Assembly: GCA_013239625.1 (NCBI GenBank)
Contig: MU053881.1
Span: 5,913,957 to 5,977,956, forward strand
DNA: 64,000 bases
Direction: 5' to 3'
From: Lama guanicoe
Lineage: Eukaryota
Shown here: positions 1-11,047 of the stretch, in pieces
How positions within the stretch are numbered: position 1 is the stretch's first letter
How the letters are laid out: each line of letters starts with the position of its first letter
The notes under the pieces: model-generated
Databases searched by the model: none
The model's input: only the letters and a program-made list of their open reading frames with translations
Told to the model about the DNA's origin: nothing
Translations under genes and position numbers: made by a program

Positions 1-294
1 CAATACCATTTACCGATGAGGAAACTGATATTCCAACGCCACGGTTTTTCTTTGGAATTTGATGATCGATTGGGCTCTCTGACCTCGAATCCAGGTTCTC
101 TTCTCTCCTGCAGCACTTTGCCGGATGCCTCGCTCAGAGTAGGTCCTTGGTGACGCTTTATTTTTTTATGCGGTTATTTTGTGTAGGACCCACAGGATTA
201 TAAGTTCTTGAGGTACTGGGACCTTGAATTTCCTCTATTGATCTTATTCCTTCTTTGGGGCCTCCTGTTAGTGGAGGGAATCCTTTAGAACAAA

Positions 295-502
295 CAGTTG
301 TTCTCAAGTGAGGACCATTTTGCTCCCTAGGGAACATCTGGCAGTCTCTGGCGACATTTTGGCTGCCACAGCTGGGCAGAGGGATGCTGCTGGCATTTAA
401 TGGATAGAGACCAGGGATGCTGTTAACAGAGGACAGCCCCCCCGCCACAACAAAGAATTATATGGCCCCAAGTGTCACTAGCGCTGACACTGAGGAACCC
501 TG
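295..502 (+). mobile_element. MER20-like hAT-Charlie non-autonomous DNA transposon
   Basis: Starts CAGTTGTTCTCAA, ends TGAGGAACCCTG; internal 'ggcatttaatggatagagaccagggatgctg' and 'acaacaaagaattatatggccccaa' resemble MER20; similar to the copy at 16506-16727. Confidence 0.85.
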
Positions 503-694
503 CTGGAGAAGAAAACAGGCCTTGTACTTGTAAAGACAATCTAAAGCAGCCTGAAATGCCTTGTTCTAAACACGTTCTAAAAAGAGACATAAATACTGAG
601 AGTCGAAACCATGGTCCACCAAACTTAGCTCATAACCAAAACAAATTGAGAATCAGAAAGGGGTGAAGGGGCAGAGAGAGAATTGAGCCAGAAC

Positions 695-815
695 AGGAGC
701 TTCCTGAGGGCAAGGACTATGTTATATTAATTCTGAATCCCCTGTGCACAGCACAGGTCGTAGCATACCATTGGTGCTTAATAAATGTTTGCCGAGTGTC
801 TGATTGAATGAATGG
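695..815 (+). mobile_element. L2 LINE 3' end
   Basis: 'cttcctgagggcaaggactatg...gtgcttaataaatgtttg...gaatgaatg' is the typical L2 tail. Confidence 0.75.
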
Positions 816-1890
816 AGCCCCTTGCTGTATGATGTCACGTTACCTCATACCCGCCACTGAACGGCTGCAAGTTCTCCGATCTGTTTAGTTCTGCAGCAGT
901 GTCCCAGACGAGCGAGCTCCCTCCTAAGGCAGCCCGTGCTGTTTTGATGACTGTGAACATTAGAAAAGGTAACGGCTTCTAACTGTGATCAGGAGCCTCT
1001 TGCCTTGGGAAGGGGCCAGTAGCCGCTTTTGAAAAATCACTGGGGAAGATATGGCCAGGGTGAAACAGTATTCAACAGGGCCCAGGGCTGTGTCTTGGTC
1101 ACCACTCAACTCAGCCCCCAGGCCCTTTCCCAGGTCCCCACAGAGAAGAAGGGTTTACTTCCCTCACCCTGAAAAAGAGGTCTCATCCAGATGTCTGTGT
1201 CCACGATGTTCCCCTCCCAGGAAAGTTCCCTCCCTCTGCTGGACCTCTTTCTTTCCTGCCCCATTGAATCTGCTTTCTTGTCTCTGAAACAAGTACTTCC
1301 ATAAGTTAGAGCCTGAGCAGGTTCCAGTCTTGACTCTGTCACCATGTGGCTGTGAGGCCTCGGTTTTCTCACCTCTAAAATGGGCATATGACACCTACCC
1401 CATAGGTGCCATCCCTGGAAAGTGATTATAAGAGGAATATTACTTCTTGAATGCTTGGCATGAACACGATACGTTCTGTTAACCCCATTTTAGTGCAAGG
1501 AAACTGAGGCCCAGAGAGAAGTGACTTGCTTGAGGTTTGACAGTTAGGAAGTAGAAGAGATGAATCCATCCGAGGACTCACTGGTTTCAGGGCTCAGCTG
1601 TTCTTCGCGGCTCCGTACCAATGCCCCGTGTATGCTTAATCAGCCAATTTCCCCTTCCCCTTTCTAGTTCAGCACTGAAGAATGGTCTTGGCTTGCTCTT
1701 TGATTGTTTCCTTGACGTGGTCTCAGTGCCTTAAATAACCTGTAAGCTCTGAAGGCCATGACCTCTCCTTTCCTGTGATCCACCCCCTTCCCACCCCCTC
1801 CCTTGTTTAGGCACAAGGTACGTGCTCAGAGGACATTTTCTGACTTGGAAAAAATATGGAAGGGCAGCGTCTTGCCCCCCATTCTATCCC

Positions 1891-1968
1891 TACACACACA
1901 CACACGTGGACTCATACTGCCATACGCTCATACAATTACTCACATGCACACACACACTCACATGCACA
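1891..1968. repeat. Degenerate (CA)n microsatellite
   Basis: Interrupted CA runs seen directly. Confidence 0.8.
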
Positions 1969-2852
1969 CCCTGCCCCGGGGTCCCGTGTCCTTGGTGAGT
2001 GGGGGTCCCAGGTGGGGTCTGACTGCTGGTTTTCATCACGTTACAAGCTGGCCTGGGGAGCGAGGCCTCATTTAGAGACGCAATATTAAATGGGTATGCT
2101 TTCCGCCGAAATTGTTTTTAAGCATGTACATTTCAAATCCATTTAATTTCCAGCCATCAGTTGAAATCAAGCCGTTTTGTACTTGTCACATACATTTTCG
2201 TTCTGGGAAGGCCTGTTTCTGGAGCCGCGGCACGCCACATGTGTGTGCCAGGGGGCAGGGCGAGGGGGCTGGGTCTGCGGAATGGCTTTTCCATGTGGGT
2301 AATTGTGGTCGTCGGGAAAGCATCTCACCGCAGTTTACGCTTTCTCAGTTTACCAAAGCCCCATCTGTTCTGAGGCCGAGATGCTGAGTTTGGGGCAGCC
2401 CGTGGCCCACCCCATCAATGCCAGGAAGGCGCCCACCCCAACAAGCTCTGAATCTGCAGAAAAGAAGAGAAAAATGGAGAAAAGGAGAAGAAAAAGAGAT
2501 GTTGACACATGCTCTGAAGAGGCCAAGGAATTCTGTTTACTCCTCGGTGATATTTCTGCCTTTTGTTGTGGCAGAGACCTGCCTTTTACTGCATTGTTGA
2601 AACATCTTCAAAGTCTGGAAATCTGTGGGGCATTCCAATAAAAACCTTTGTTGGGCTGCAGTGGAGAGAACCCCAAATTCAAATCAGGTCCCAGCACTTG
2701 GCAGCCGCGGTGAGGATTGGGCAGCGTGAGCCTCAAGTGGCTGGAGGAGGCCAAGAACCCCTGTCCCAGCGATGGCAGAAGGGCACGGAGTGCTGGGGTG
2801 CAGGGTTGAGCCATATGAAGTGTCCCTGGGAACACTGTGAGCCTGGATAGAA

Positions 2853-3040
2853 CCTGGTTCAAACCCTGCTGAACCACCAGTGCAGCATGTTACCTTGGAC
2901 CCTGCCGCTTTGCCTCTCTGAGCGTCAGTTTTCTCATCTGTAAAATGGGGGGAGCTCAGCAGCCATCTATAAGGCTGATGTGAAGATTAGAAACAAAGTA
3001 GGCATTGTGTTTGGCACATCAGAGATGCTAACAGATTTTC
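2853..3040 (+). mobile_element. MIR SINE
   Basis: MIR core 'ctctctgagcgtcagttttctcatctgtaaaatgggg'. Confidence 0.8.
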
Positions 3041-3440
3041 ATTTCCCATCTTCTTGCTAATGTGAAAATTTCATGACTCTGCCTTAGGGGGCCACTCTCT
3101 TCACTACAAACATTGGGTGTCCCAACATTTCTAGGAATAGGCAGCCCTGGGCATCCCCTGCTCCCCCCACCTCCTGAGATGAAGGTGGGCAGGACATTGG
3201 GTCTCTTGTGATAGGGACAAGCTGCCTGGGTTAGCAGGTGCCTACAGCTGGCCGACGAGGTGGCTGATACTCTGTGACCCCCTCAGATGAGAATTAAGGA
3301 TAGAAGCAGCCTGTTCCCGGGAGCAGGAGACACCCAAGAAATGAGGCACCCACCTCGTCACAGTGTGTCTCCATCACCTGCAGGCACTGCCCATCCTGGT
3401 CCCTCCAAAGAGGTAGAGATGGCTCATACGTGGGCCCCTC

Positions 3441-3536
3441 CAGTCCCTCCGCGCTGAGCCAAGGAAGCCTCCACGTCCACAGTCCAACCAGTCCCTCCAT
3501 GCTAAGCCAAGGACTGTTGGATGTCCACAGTCCAAC
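3441..3536. repeat. Two-copy 48-bp tandem duplication
   Basis: 3441-3488 and 3489-3536 align without gaps, 38/48 identical by hand. Confidence 0.85.
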
Positions 3537-5554
3537 CTTGGGCATCCTTCCACCTGAGCTGATCCATATGATGTTCCATATTCATTAGGCCATTCATTCA
3601 ACCATTCGTTCTGCAGGTGCTGAGCACCTGCCACGTGCCAGGCTTTGGATACGGAGCTCAGTGAGACCTGGCCTGGTGGGAGAGGCAGGCGTGTAAAGCC
3701 GAAGGGACGGCCGCGCAGGTGCTGGAGGAGCCCAAGAGGGACCCCGACCCAGCCTGGCAGGGGCTGAACGGCGGGGAGTGGACAAGCCAGTCTTCTCAGA
3801 ATAGAAGACCCCTGAACAGACTCACTTTTCTCCAAGTCTCAAGACAACACAATTGCCCAGACTTAATGATTGGAGACTTTCTTTAAAACCCTTCTTAGGT
3901 GCCTGGTTCGTTAAACAACATCTCTAGCACCAGGAGGGAGGCAGTGAATGAGTGTGGAGGATGGACGACTAGCGTGAGTGTGCGGTTCAGGTCAGTGAAT
4001 GAGACTCACGGTTTTCTAAGGAAACATTGCCGCCGCGGAACCCCAGTTCCCCCGCATGCCCAGGGGCTGCTACATACGAAGAAGGAAGGCCCGGAGCAGG
4101 GCAGGGCTGAACTAATTTCAGTGTGACTAGAACATATACAGAGAGGAGGGGCTGAAAAGGTAATTAGGTCTCAGTTCGTGGGGCTGTAGTCCTAGGTCGG
4201 GGGTGACACCGGGGCTGGCTTTCACTGAGCTGGCTTGATTTTCTGAATTTATGCCATTCTGGATGGCATTTGTGTCCATTCTATGCTCTGCTCCCCACAT
4301 TGAGCCTGCTAATTGCAGATGTGATCACCTCATTCTCCTGTTTGAGTGCTCTATAGAACCGCATGGCCCTCAGGGTAAAATCCAAACTCCTTACCATGAT
4401 TTTGGAGGGTCCCCAGGGTTTTAAGAGGTGGGCAGGATAGTAAGACCTTAAGCTTTAGAGCAGGTGATCTTGGGGTCCAGTCGAAGATGCCGCACTTACT
4501 ATTGGTTGATCTTGAAGAAACTACCTTACCTTCCTGAGCCTCAGCTTCCTCATCTGTAAAATGGGCACAGGAAATGAGCTGATGCCTATATCTCCCAGGA
4601 AGCTTCCAATTAGTTAAACCTCTGTGGTCCCTGAAAACCTCCTTATCACCCATCTCTAACCTACTTGTATCCTTCACAGCTGGCACTTGTAGATCCTGGA
4701 AAGCTTGCTGCTATTTCACACCTCCCTGCCTTTGCTAATATAGTGCCCTCTGCCTGGAACACCCTCCTGTGATTGACTGCCTGGAAGACTACTCACCCTG
4801 CAAGACCCAGCGCAGAGGTCACTGCCTCCGAGAAGCCCTCTCTGATTATCCTCCCCTTGGTCGCTCCCTTCTCTGTGCTCCTCCAAATCATCAGAAGTAG
4901 CACCACAGCACGACACCAAACACCTGCTAGGTCAGAATCAGATCCTCTTCCCTCTTGAAGCTCAAGTGTTGGGCTCAGAGTCAGACACCCATCACTGTGA
5001 CAGATGAGAAGGCCGTGGCTCACTCCACCCATTGCGTCTGACTTGATTCCATTTGCCTTTCTCCTTCTCGAGATGGGGAAAGAAGGGGGTGGAGCCACCC
5101 GGCACCAGACACTCATGGGGGGGTGGGGGAGTCTCTTGGGCTCGGCTCCAGCCCAGGTCCCCCCCGCCGCAGGAGGGTGGACACAAAGACACAGTGTGAT
5201 GCGCAGCCAGAACTGGGCCAGGCTGCACCCCAGCGGAGAGCCCCAGCCTCCTTTAGTCACTCGTTTCTTGCCACTCGAGGATGAGGTGTGCCATCACACT
5301 TCTGCACCTCCAGCCTTCCATTACCTCATGCCCGGGCGACACCTCTTGGGTCACCGGCCAGGCTGTTCAGGGCGTCAGCTGCCCCTCCCATCAGGGCCCC
5401 CACAGGGGCAATGAGAACCGGGGCGGGGGGCGGCGCCAGCCCCAGCTGTGCTTCTGTCCCAAGGCTGTGGGGAGCCAGGTCCAGACTTTTTGGGGCCAGG
5501 CATGGGGTGTATTTCGGATCCAGCTGGAAAAGATCTCAGCCAACCTTTCACATT

Positions 5555-5775
5555 CATAAAGAATATCTAACAGTTACTAGTGCCCACTAGGTGCCAGGCT
5601 CTGGGCTGAACGCTTTCCACAATTTCATCTCATCTTACTTAAAAACTTTAAGAAGTAGAGACATGACTATCCCCACCTCCATTTCATAGGTGAGGTAACT
5701 GAGGCACAGAGAGGTTAAGTCACTGCCCAAGATCACACAGCCAGCCATACTGGACTTTGAGCTGGGAATAGAGAA
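5555..5775 (-). mobile_element. MIR SINE, near full length
   Basis: 'ccatttcataggtgaggtaactgaggcacagagaggttaagtcactgcccaagatcacacagc'. Confidence 0.85.
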
Positions 5776-6214
5776 CATGTGCTCTTGTAAGTGGCTTACT
5801 GCTTCCCATTTTATAGATGGTGAAGCTGAGGCCAGAAGGAGAAGGAATTGTCCCTTAAAACAAGGCATGAGAGAACATGCATGCCCTGATGTGAAAAAGT
5901 CTGGGTTTTTTTTTTTTTTTCCTGCTTTACCTAAATGCTGCGGAAAATACACCCTGTCTTTTGTGAGTTTGACTCTGTGATCACCCAGACCTGGGCTCAT
6001 CCCAGCTGAGTGACCCTGGCCAAGCGACTTCACCTTGTGGAGCCTCAGTTTCCTCCAGTGTGGCATGGCGCCACGCCTCCCTCTCTTGTGCAGTCGTGCA
6101 GGGCGCGAAGGGGCACAGTGAAAGACAAAGTCAAACCAGGGGGAAGGAGGGAAGCTACACCGCGAGGCCTGGAGAAGACGGCCAACCCCGCGCTGTGGTC
6201 GGTGGTTACGCAGA

Positions 6215-6440
6215 GAACCTCGGAGTCAGAATACCCAGGCTCAAACCTCGGCACCTCCACTTACCGGTTCTTAGAATTTGGGCAAATTATTTCACCCCTC
6301 TGAGTCTCCGTGTCTCCGTTGTCTCCGTCTGCAAAATGGGACTGACGATCGTGGCTGCACCATAGGGTAGCAGTTCTGAGGGTTACCTGGGCCAAAGCAA
6401 TAGCGTAGCACAGACCTTGGCTTAGAGCGTGAGTGTTATT
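6215..6440 (+). mobile_element. MIR SINE with internal (GTCTCCGT)x3 slippage at 6304-6328
   Basis: 'ggagtcagaatacccaggctcaaacctcggc...ttgggcaaattatttcacccctctgag...ctgcaaaatggg'. Confidence 0.75.
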
Positions 6441-6794
6441 ACAAGGTCAGCATGTGCTTGCCGATGGGATGTTCTGTGGATTAAACGAAATTTGGCCTGA
6501 GCAGCCGATGCCTTTGCTGCAGGGCCCTCTGACACAAGGATGGTCACATCTCTCCATTCTTCTAAGTCACGAGAAATCTGGCTCCATACCAGATGGCTGG
6601 CAGGATGTTCAGTCTCAGCTCTTTCCTTTCCCTGAACTAGTGAAGAATTCTGGGAACGTCATGCAGAGCATCGGGGCTTCCTCACTTGTCCAGGGTCTCA
6701 AGGTCCGGTGGAGGGCAAGGGCTTGTGGCGTCAGCAGCCCTGACGCCCACCTGGGCCATGGAAACTTCACTGGGCTCCTAAGGCCAAAGCAAGG

Positions 6795-6970
6795 CAAGAC
6801 TAGCTTTATGGATGTCTGACCTGCACTGTCACACAGGGCCCCGTGCTCAGAAGGGCCCAGCGCTTGGCTTAATGTTCCCTGTCACCGTCTTGCAGTGCTG
6901 AATAACTTTTGAACAAAGGATTGACACTTTCGTTTTGCACCAGGCCCTGCATATCATGTAGCTGGTCCTG
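6795..6970 (+). mobile_element. MER45A-like hAT-Tip100 MITE
   Basis: 'gtcacacagggccccgtgctcagaagggcccagcgcttggcttaatg' and terminus 'atgtagctggtcctg'; about 176 bp. Confidence 0.8.
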
Positions 6971-7130
6971 CTCCAAAGGTCCAGCCGTGTGTTATCCCCC
7001 TTGGAGATGCTACACTCCTGGGGCCATTCATGCGGGAGGGAGGCCCCTCTCTGCTGCATGTGGTGGCCACCACGCTCCACCACATGCCCATCCTGGCAAA
7101 TCTCACCCCTATCTCTTCCCTTGTAATCAG

Positions 7131-7349
7131 CCCCTTCCTTTCTTTCTCTCCCTTTCTTTCTCTCCCTTCCTTCCTTCCTTCCCTTCCTTCCTTCCTTTCC
7201 TTCTTTCCTTCCTTCTTTCCTCCCTTCCTTCTTCCTTTCTTCTTTCCTTTCTTCTTTCCTTCCTTCCTTTCTTCCTCCCTCCCTCCCTTCCTCTTTCTTT
7301 CTTCCTTCCTCTCTTTCTTCCTTCCTTCCTTCCTTCCTTCCTTTCTCCT
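7131..7349. repeat. 219-nt pure polypyrimidine (CTTC/CTTT)n microsatellite
   Basis: No purine between 7131 and 7349 on the + strand; it produces the spurious K/E/R/G-rich and F/L/P/S-rich ORFs. Confidence 0.97.
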
Positions 7350-7415
7350 GGGACTTGAACACAAGACTTTGTGCTTGCTAAGCATGCACTGTGCCACTGA
7401 GCTATCCCTAGCTCC
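7346..7415 (-). mobile_element. tRNA-derived SINE (vic-1-like), diverged copy
   Basis: Minus strand reads ggagctagggaTAGCTCAGTGGcacagtgcatgcttagcaagcacaaagtcttgtGTTCAAGTCccagg, with Pol III A and B boxes. Confidence 0.8.
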
Positions 7416-7959
7416 TTTAGCCTCTTTCAGACAAGCAAGCTCTTCGTGTCTCTGATTCTAAAATTTTGAAGATAGCAAAAGCCTCTTGCGTCTCTCAAGA
7501 ACTGGGGAAACCTTGGTCCTCTAGGGCACAAAGCACTCTTTTCCTTCTTGAAATACAAAAAGGGGAAAATCCTCTTAACCTCTCATGGTCAGCCTCCTTG
7601 AACCACTCACAGAGCTCATCCCTCCATCAGGAAATTCTGCCCTGAGCGCTGGGCAAGTGTAATTCCCTCCTGGATCCACAGCTTGAGGTTGGTGGGCATT
7701 ATTACTCCCATTTTATGTATGAATCAACTAAGGCCCAGAGTGGTTCAGAGACTTGCTAAAGATCACACAGCCTCCCACTCTTCTCAAAGTTTCCATGGAG
7801 CTGGCCAGAGAGGGCAGGATATGGGAGCATGAATGGGCAAAGTTATTATTGCTGTAGCTTTCAATCTGCTAAATTAAAAGCCTTGGCTCCATTACAATGC
7901 AGAGAAATGGAGACTATTTCCTATTACACACCTAACATATGACAGACAGAGTCTTAAGA

Positions 7960-8215
7960 GTTAACATATGTATAATCTCTTTTATTCCTCACAACAGTTC
8001 TGGGAGGTATTGTGTTAATTCTCCCCCTTCCACCTTTTTTTTTTTTTTAAGTGGGGGTACTGGGGATTGAACCCAGGACCTTGTGCATGCTAAGCATAGG
8101 CTCTACCACTGAGCTATGCCCTCCCCTAATGCTCCCCTTTCACAGGTGAGAAAACTGAGGTTTGAAGAAGCCAGAAGCATGTCCAAGGTGACACAGGGCT
8201 AGAGAATTAGAAGCT
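7960..8215 (-). mobile_element. MIR SINE interrupted by a younger SINE
   Basis: 'ttcctcacaacagttctgggagg' on the left resumes as 'ttcacaggtgagaaaactgagg...gtccaaggtgacacag' on the right. Confidence 0.7.
8035..8126 (-). mobile_element. tRNA(Ala)-derived SINE (camelid vic-1-like), full length with A-tail and TSD
   Basis: Minus strand ggggagggcaTAGCTCAGTGGtagagcctatgcttagcatgcacaaggtcctgGGTTCAATCCccagtacccccac, then an A tail; flanked by near-direct repeats taattctcccccttcca (8016-8032) and taatgctcccctttca (8127-8142). Confidence 0.9.
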
Positions 8216-10140
8216 GGGCAGGTATTGTTGGTTGCAGCTCAAGGGGGAAACCTAAAACACGTTGCAACCCCTGGGAGATTGAGAAGGGCGGCTCCATCGT
8301 GCTCTGCGATCGGGAAGGTCTACGTGGGAGATGCCGAGGTGCTCAGAGGATGGTTTCAATTTTCCAGCCGTGGTCTGACCACTCATGTTTTTGAAAATTA
8401 AAACTTAAATCTTGGCTCTGAACCCAGAGCCGGAAAGCGGCATTCTGCTCTTGGAGCCCTGCCCGCTCACCCTCGTGAACCGGGGGTTCTATATTGTGAG
8501 GGAAGCAACAATTTCGGCTGCCAAAGAGTAGATCATCCTCCCTGCAGCCCTTGAACGCAAGAGTTGTGGCTGGGGGTGAGGGCTGGGCGGCTGCGCCCTG
8601 GCGTTGGTTAATGCATTTGAAAGGCCTTGACATTCTGGGGTCTTCCAGAAACTGTCAAGGGCAGAACGGAGCTGGGTGCTGGGGGGGATTTGCCAGTGGG
8701 TGTAGGATCAGACCTTGAGGACAGTGCTTATTCAGATGAGAGTCTGCAGCAGGAGCCAGGCTGCCGCAGGGACATGGGGAGGCTAGAGATATCGCTCCTG
8801 CAGGAGCCCTCAAATGTCTCTCACTTTCTTCCTCTCCCTGAAAATGGGATCGAAGCCCAGTTCAGGCAGGTCTACCTCTGACTAGCCCTCTCATCTGTTC
8901 GCTTACCCCCTTTTGGTCTCTCTGCCCCTCGTCTTGCCCCCTTCCCACTGGTCACTGTGCCAACGGGAGGACCCGACCACACTTCTGGTTGCAAAGCCTT
9001 CAGGAGTCCCCGCTGTACAACCTTGACCTTGGTCTGACTCTCTCCAGCCTCATCTTCTGCCACCTTTCCCACAGCAGCCATGCCAAACCGTGGGAAGTTC
9101 CCCAAATATGCCATGATCTCTCCCACTTCTTAGCCTTTGCCTCTTCTGCCCTCTTTCTGGGACACCCATCCCCCTTCTTTGCCTGGCAAAGTCACTCTCA
9201 CCCATCTGGGGGAACTGCCCACATCCCGCCAGCAGAGAGCAATGCACCGAAAGGCCACGCGTCCTTCTGAGACGGGCACTGCAGTTTGGCATCGAGCGCC
9301 CAAGGTGCATTTGCTTTGTTGCACCCAGCAGCTGGTTCCCCAGGGAAAATTCTCCCTGAGATTTATTGGGTACATGGGCCGGTAAATATACCTGTTTATT
9401 CCTCCCTTCCCTCTAGCGTTTCCACCCAGGGAGGCTGCGGTGCTGTAATGGAAATCCGAGGTTTACGTTCTCATTAAACTCCACGAGCTGAATGACCCTA
9501 CCTGTGTCCACGTACCTTTCGCTCAGTTATCAAGCTCTCGGCCTGAACAGAACCAAAGACTAAAAAAGTTTTGGTTTTTTTTTAACGTTAAAGGCCCTTT
9601 TATTGTTTGCTTCCCCTACAGCAGTTTTCCTCAGATTTAAAATCATGTGATTCCAGTGAAATATGATCCGTATGTTTCTGATTCATTTACTGATTAACTA
9701 ATGATCGTAAAAATGGCTTTGAAATGACAAAGGTTAGTACAGAGTCTCGACGTCATTTACACTGAGACATCAAATAACTTGTGAAAGATTTTGTTAAGTG
9801 GCTGAGGGGCTTTTCTGGTTACGTTTCTGTTTTCTTTTGAATTCTAGAGGGCGTCTACTTTTTTCACTTATTTTTTGGTGAGGATTCATTAGAACTTGAG
9901 TCCGGGAAACTTATTTGAGATTTAGATTCAACCTGGCAAATAAAATTGCTTGTAAATTCACGCAAACAAGCCCACATCCCCATCACCCAGAACCTTCCTG
10001 GCCTAGAGAAGTGGGCAGACTTCTCAGGTGAAGCACGTGAGAGCAGGTGGGACAGTCCAAGCACGTTCAGGCTGAAAACAAAACTCTAAAACGGGGAATC
10101 CAATTGTCCAGGGATATATTTTTGAGATATTTTAAAGAAA

Positions 10141-10335
10141 TTGTAGAATAGATAAACAAGATTACACTGTATAGCACAGAGAAATATACACAAAATGTTA
10201 TGATAAATCACAGAGAAAAAAATGTGACAATGAGTGTGTATATGTCCATGAATGACTGAAAAATTGTGCTGAACACTGGAATTTGACACAACACTGTAAA
10301 ATGATTATGAATCAATAAAAATGTAAAAAAAAAAA
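10141..10335 (+). mobile_element. 5'-truncated young L1 3' UTR (cetartiodactyl/camelid type)
   Basis: 'ataaacaagattacactgtatagcacagagaaatatacacaa...gacacaacactgtaaaatgattat', AATAAA at 10314-10319, then poly(A). Confidence 0.85.
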
Positions 10336-11027
10336 GAGGGGGGTAAAAAAAAAAGCCTAGGGAAGATGGTTAAATTTTATCTGAGAAAATTTATTTGTTC
10401 AAAAGCGAAAAGTTTAGGGATCCAAGGTCAGGGATAGATTTTTGTCTTCCTGTTTATTTTTCAGCCTGCGTTCTTCCCTCTCCCCACGTTGCATCCTTGG
10501 CCAAGTGCAGTGGAATTTTCTCTCCGTCAGCCCCGTGTCCTCCATGTCCCCCACAGACATTCTCTCTCTCCCCAGGAGGACCTGGACCAGCCCACTCGTC
10601 TCTTCCCACTGGTCCCCTGGCCTCCATCCTCCACCCTAACGCAGGGGGAGCTTTCTAGAGTGTGGACTCAAGGGCATCCCTCTGATAATTGAAATCTGCC
10701 TACTGTAATGGATTTGTGTGTCTGAGAACTCCCCGTGAACCATCTCTGTGCTTACCATGGATTTGCCTCGTTTTGTTCTCACTTCAATTCTGCAGAGCCT
10801 GCGACATGTACTCTCCGTTTCCCAGAAGGGGAGGCTGAGAATCAGAGAGAGACAGAGTCACTCAGGGAGGGAGGGACAGGGCAGGCAGTCCAGCCCTCAG
10901 TCCTTGCCCTTGCTCATCTGGCTCTACCTCCCCAGGGTGCCTGCAGGAGTGAGTTCCAACCCCTGAGTTTTTCCCCAGGCCAGCGGGCCTTGTCCTGCCC
11001 CTCCCCATCCCACCTCTGTCCCACCCC

Positions 11028-11047
11028 NNNNNNNNNNNNNNNNNNNN
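11028..11047. other. Assembly gap (20 N)
   Basis: N run flanked by C-rich sequence. Confidence 1.

Noticed and set aside
6847..7455. Four 141-171 aa ORFs rich in K/E/R/G or F/L/P/S
   Set aside because: They are translations of the stop-free polypyrimidine microsatellite.
8050..8126. Possible tRNA-Ala gene
   Set aside because: It has an A-tail, a TSD, no proper acceptor stem and related diverged copies in the window, so it is a SINE.
9840..9860. CTCF-like TCTAGAGGGCG, with similar partial matches near 43890 and 58155
   Set aside because: Partial matches only; cannot be supported without PWM scoring or ChIP.
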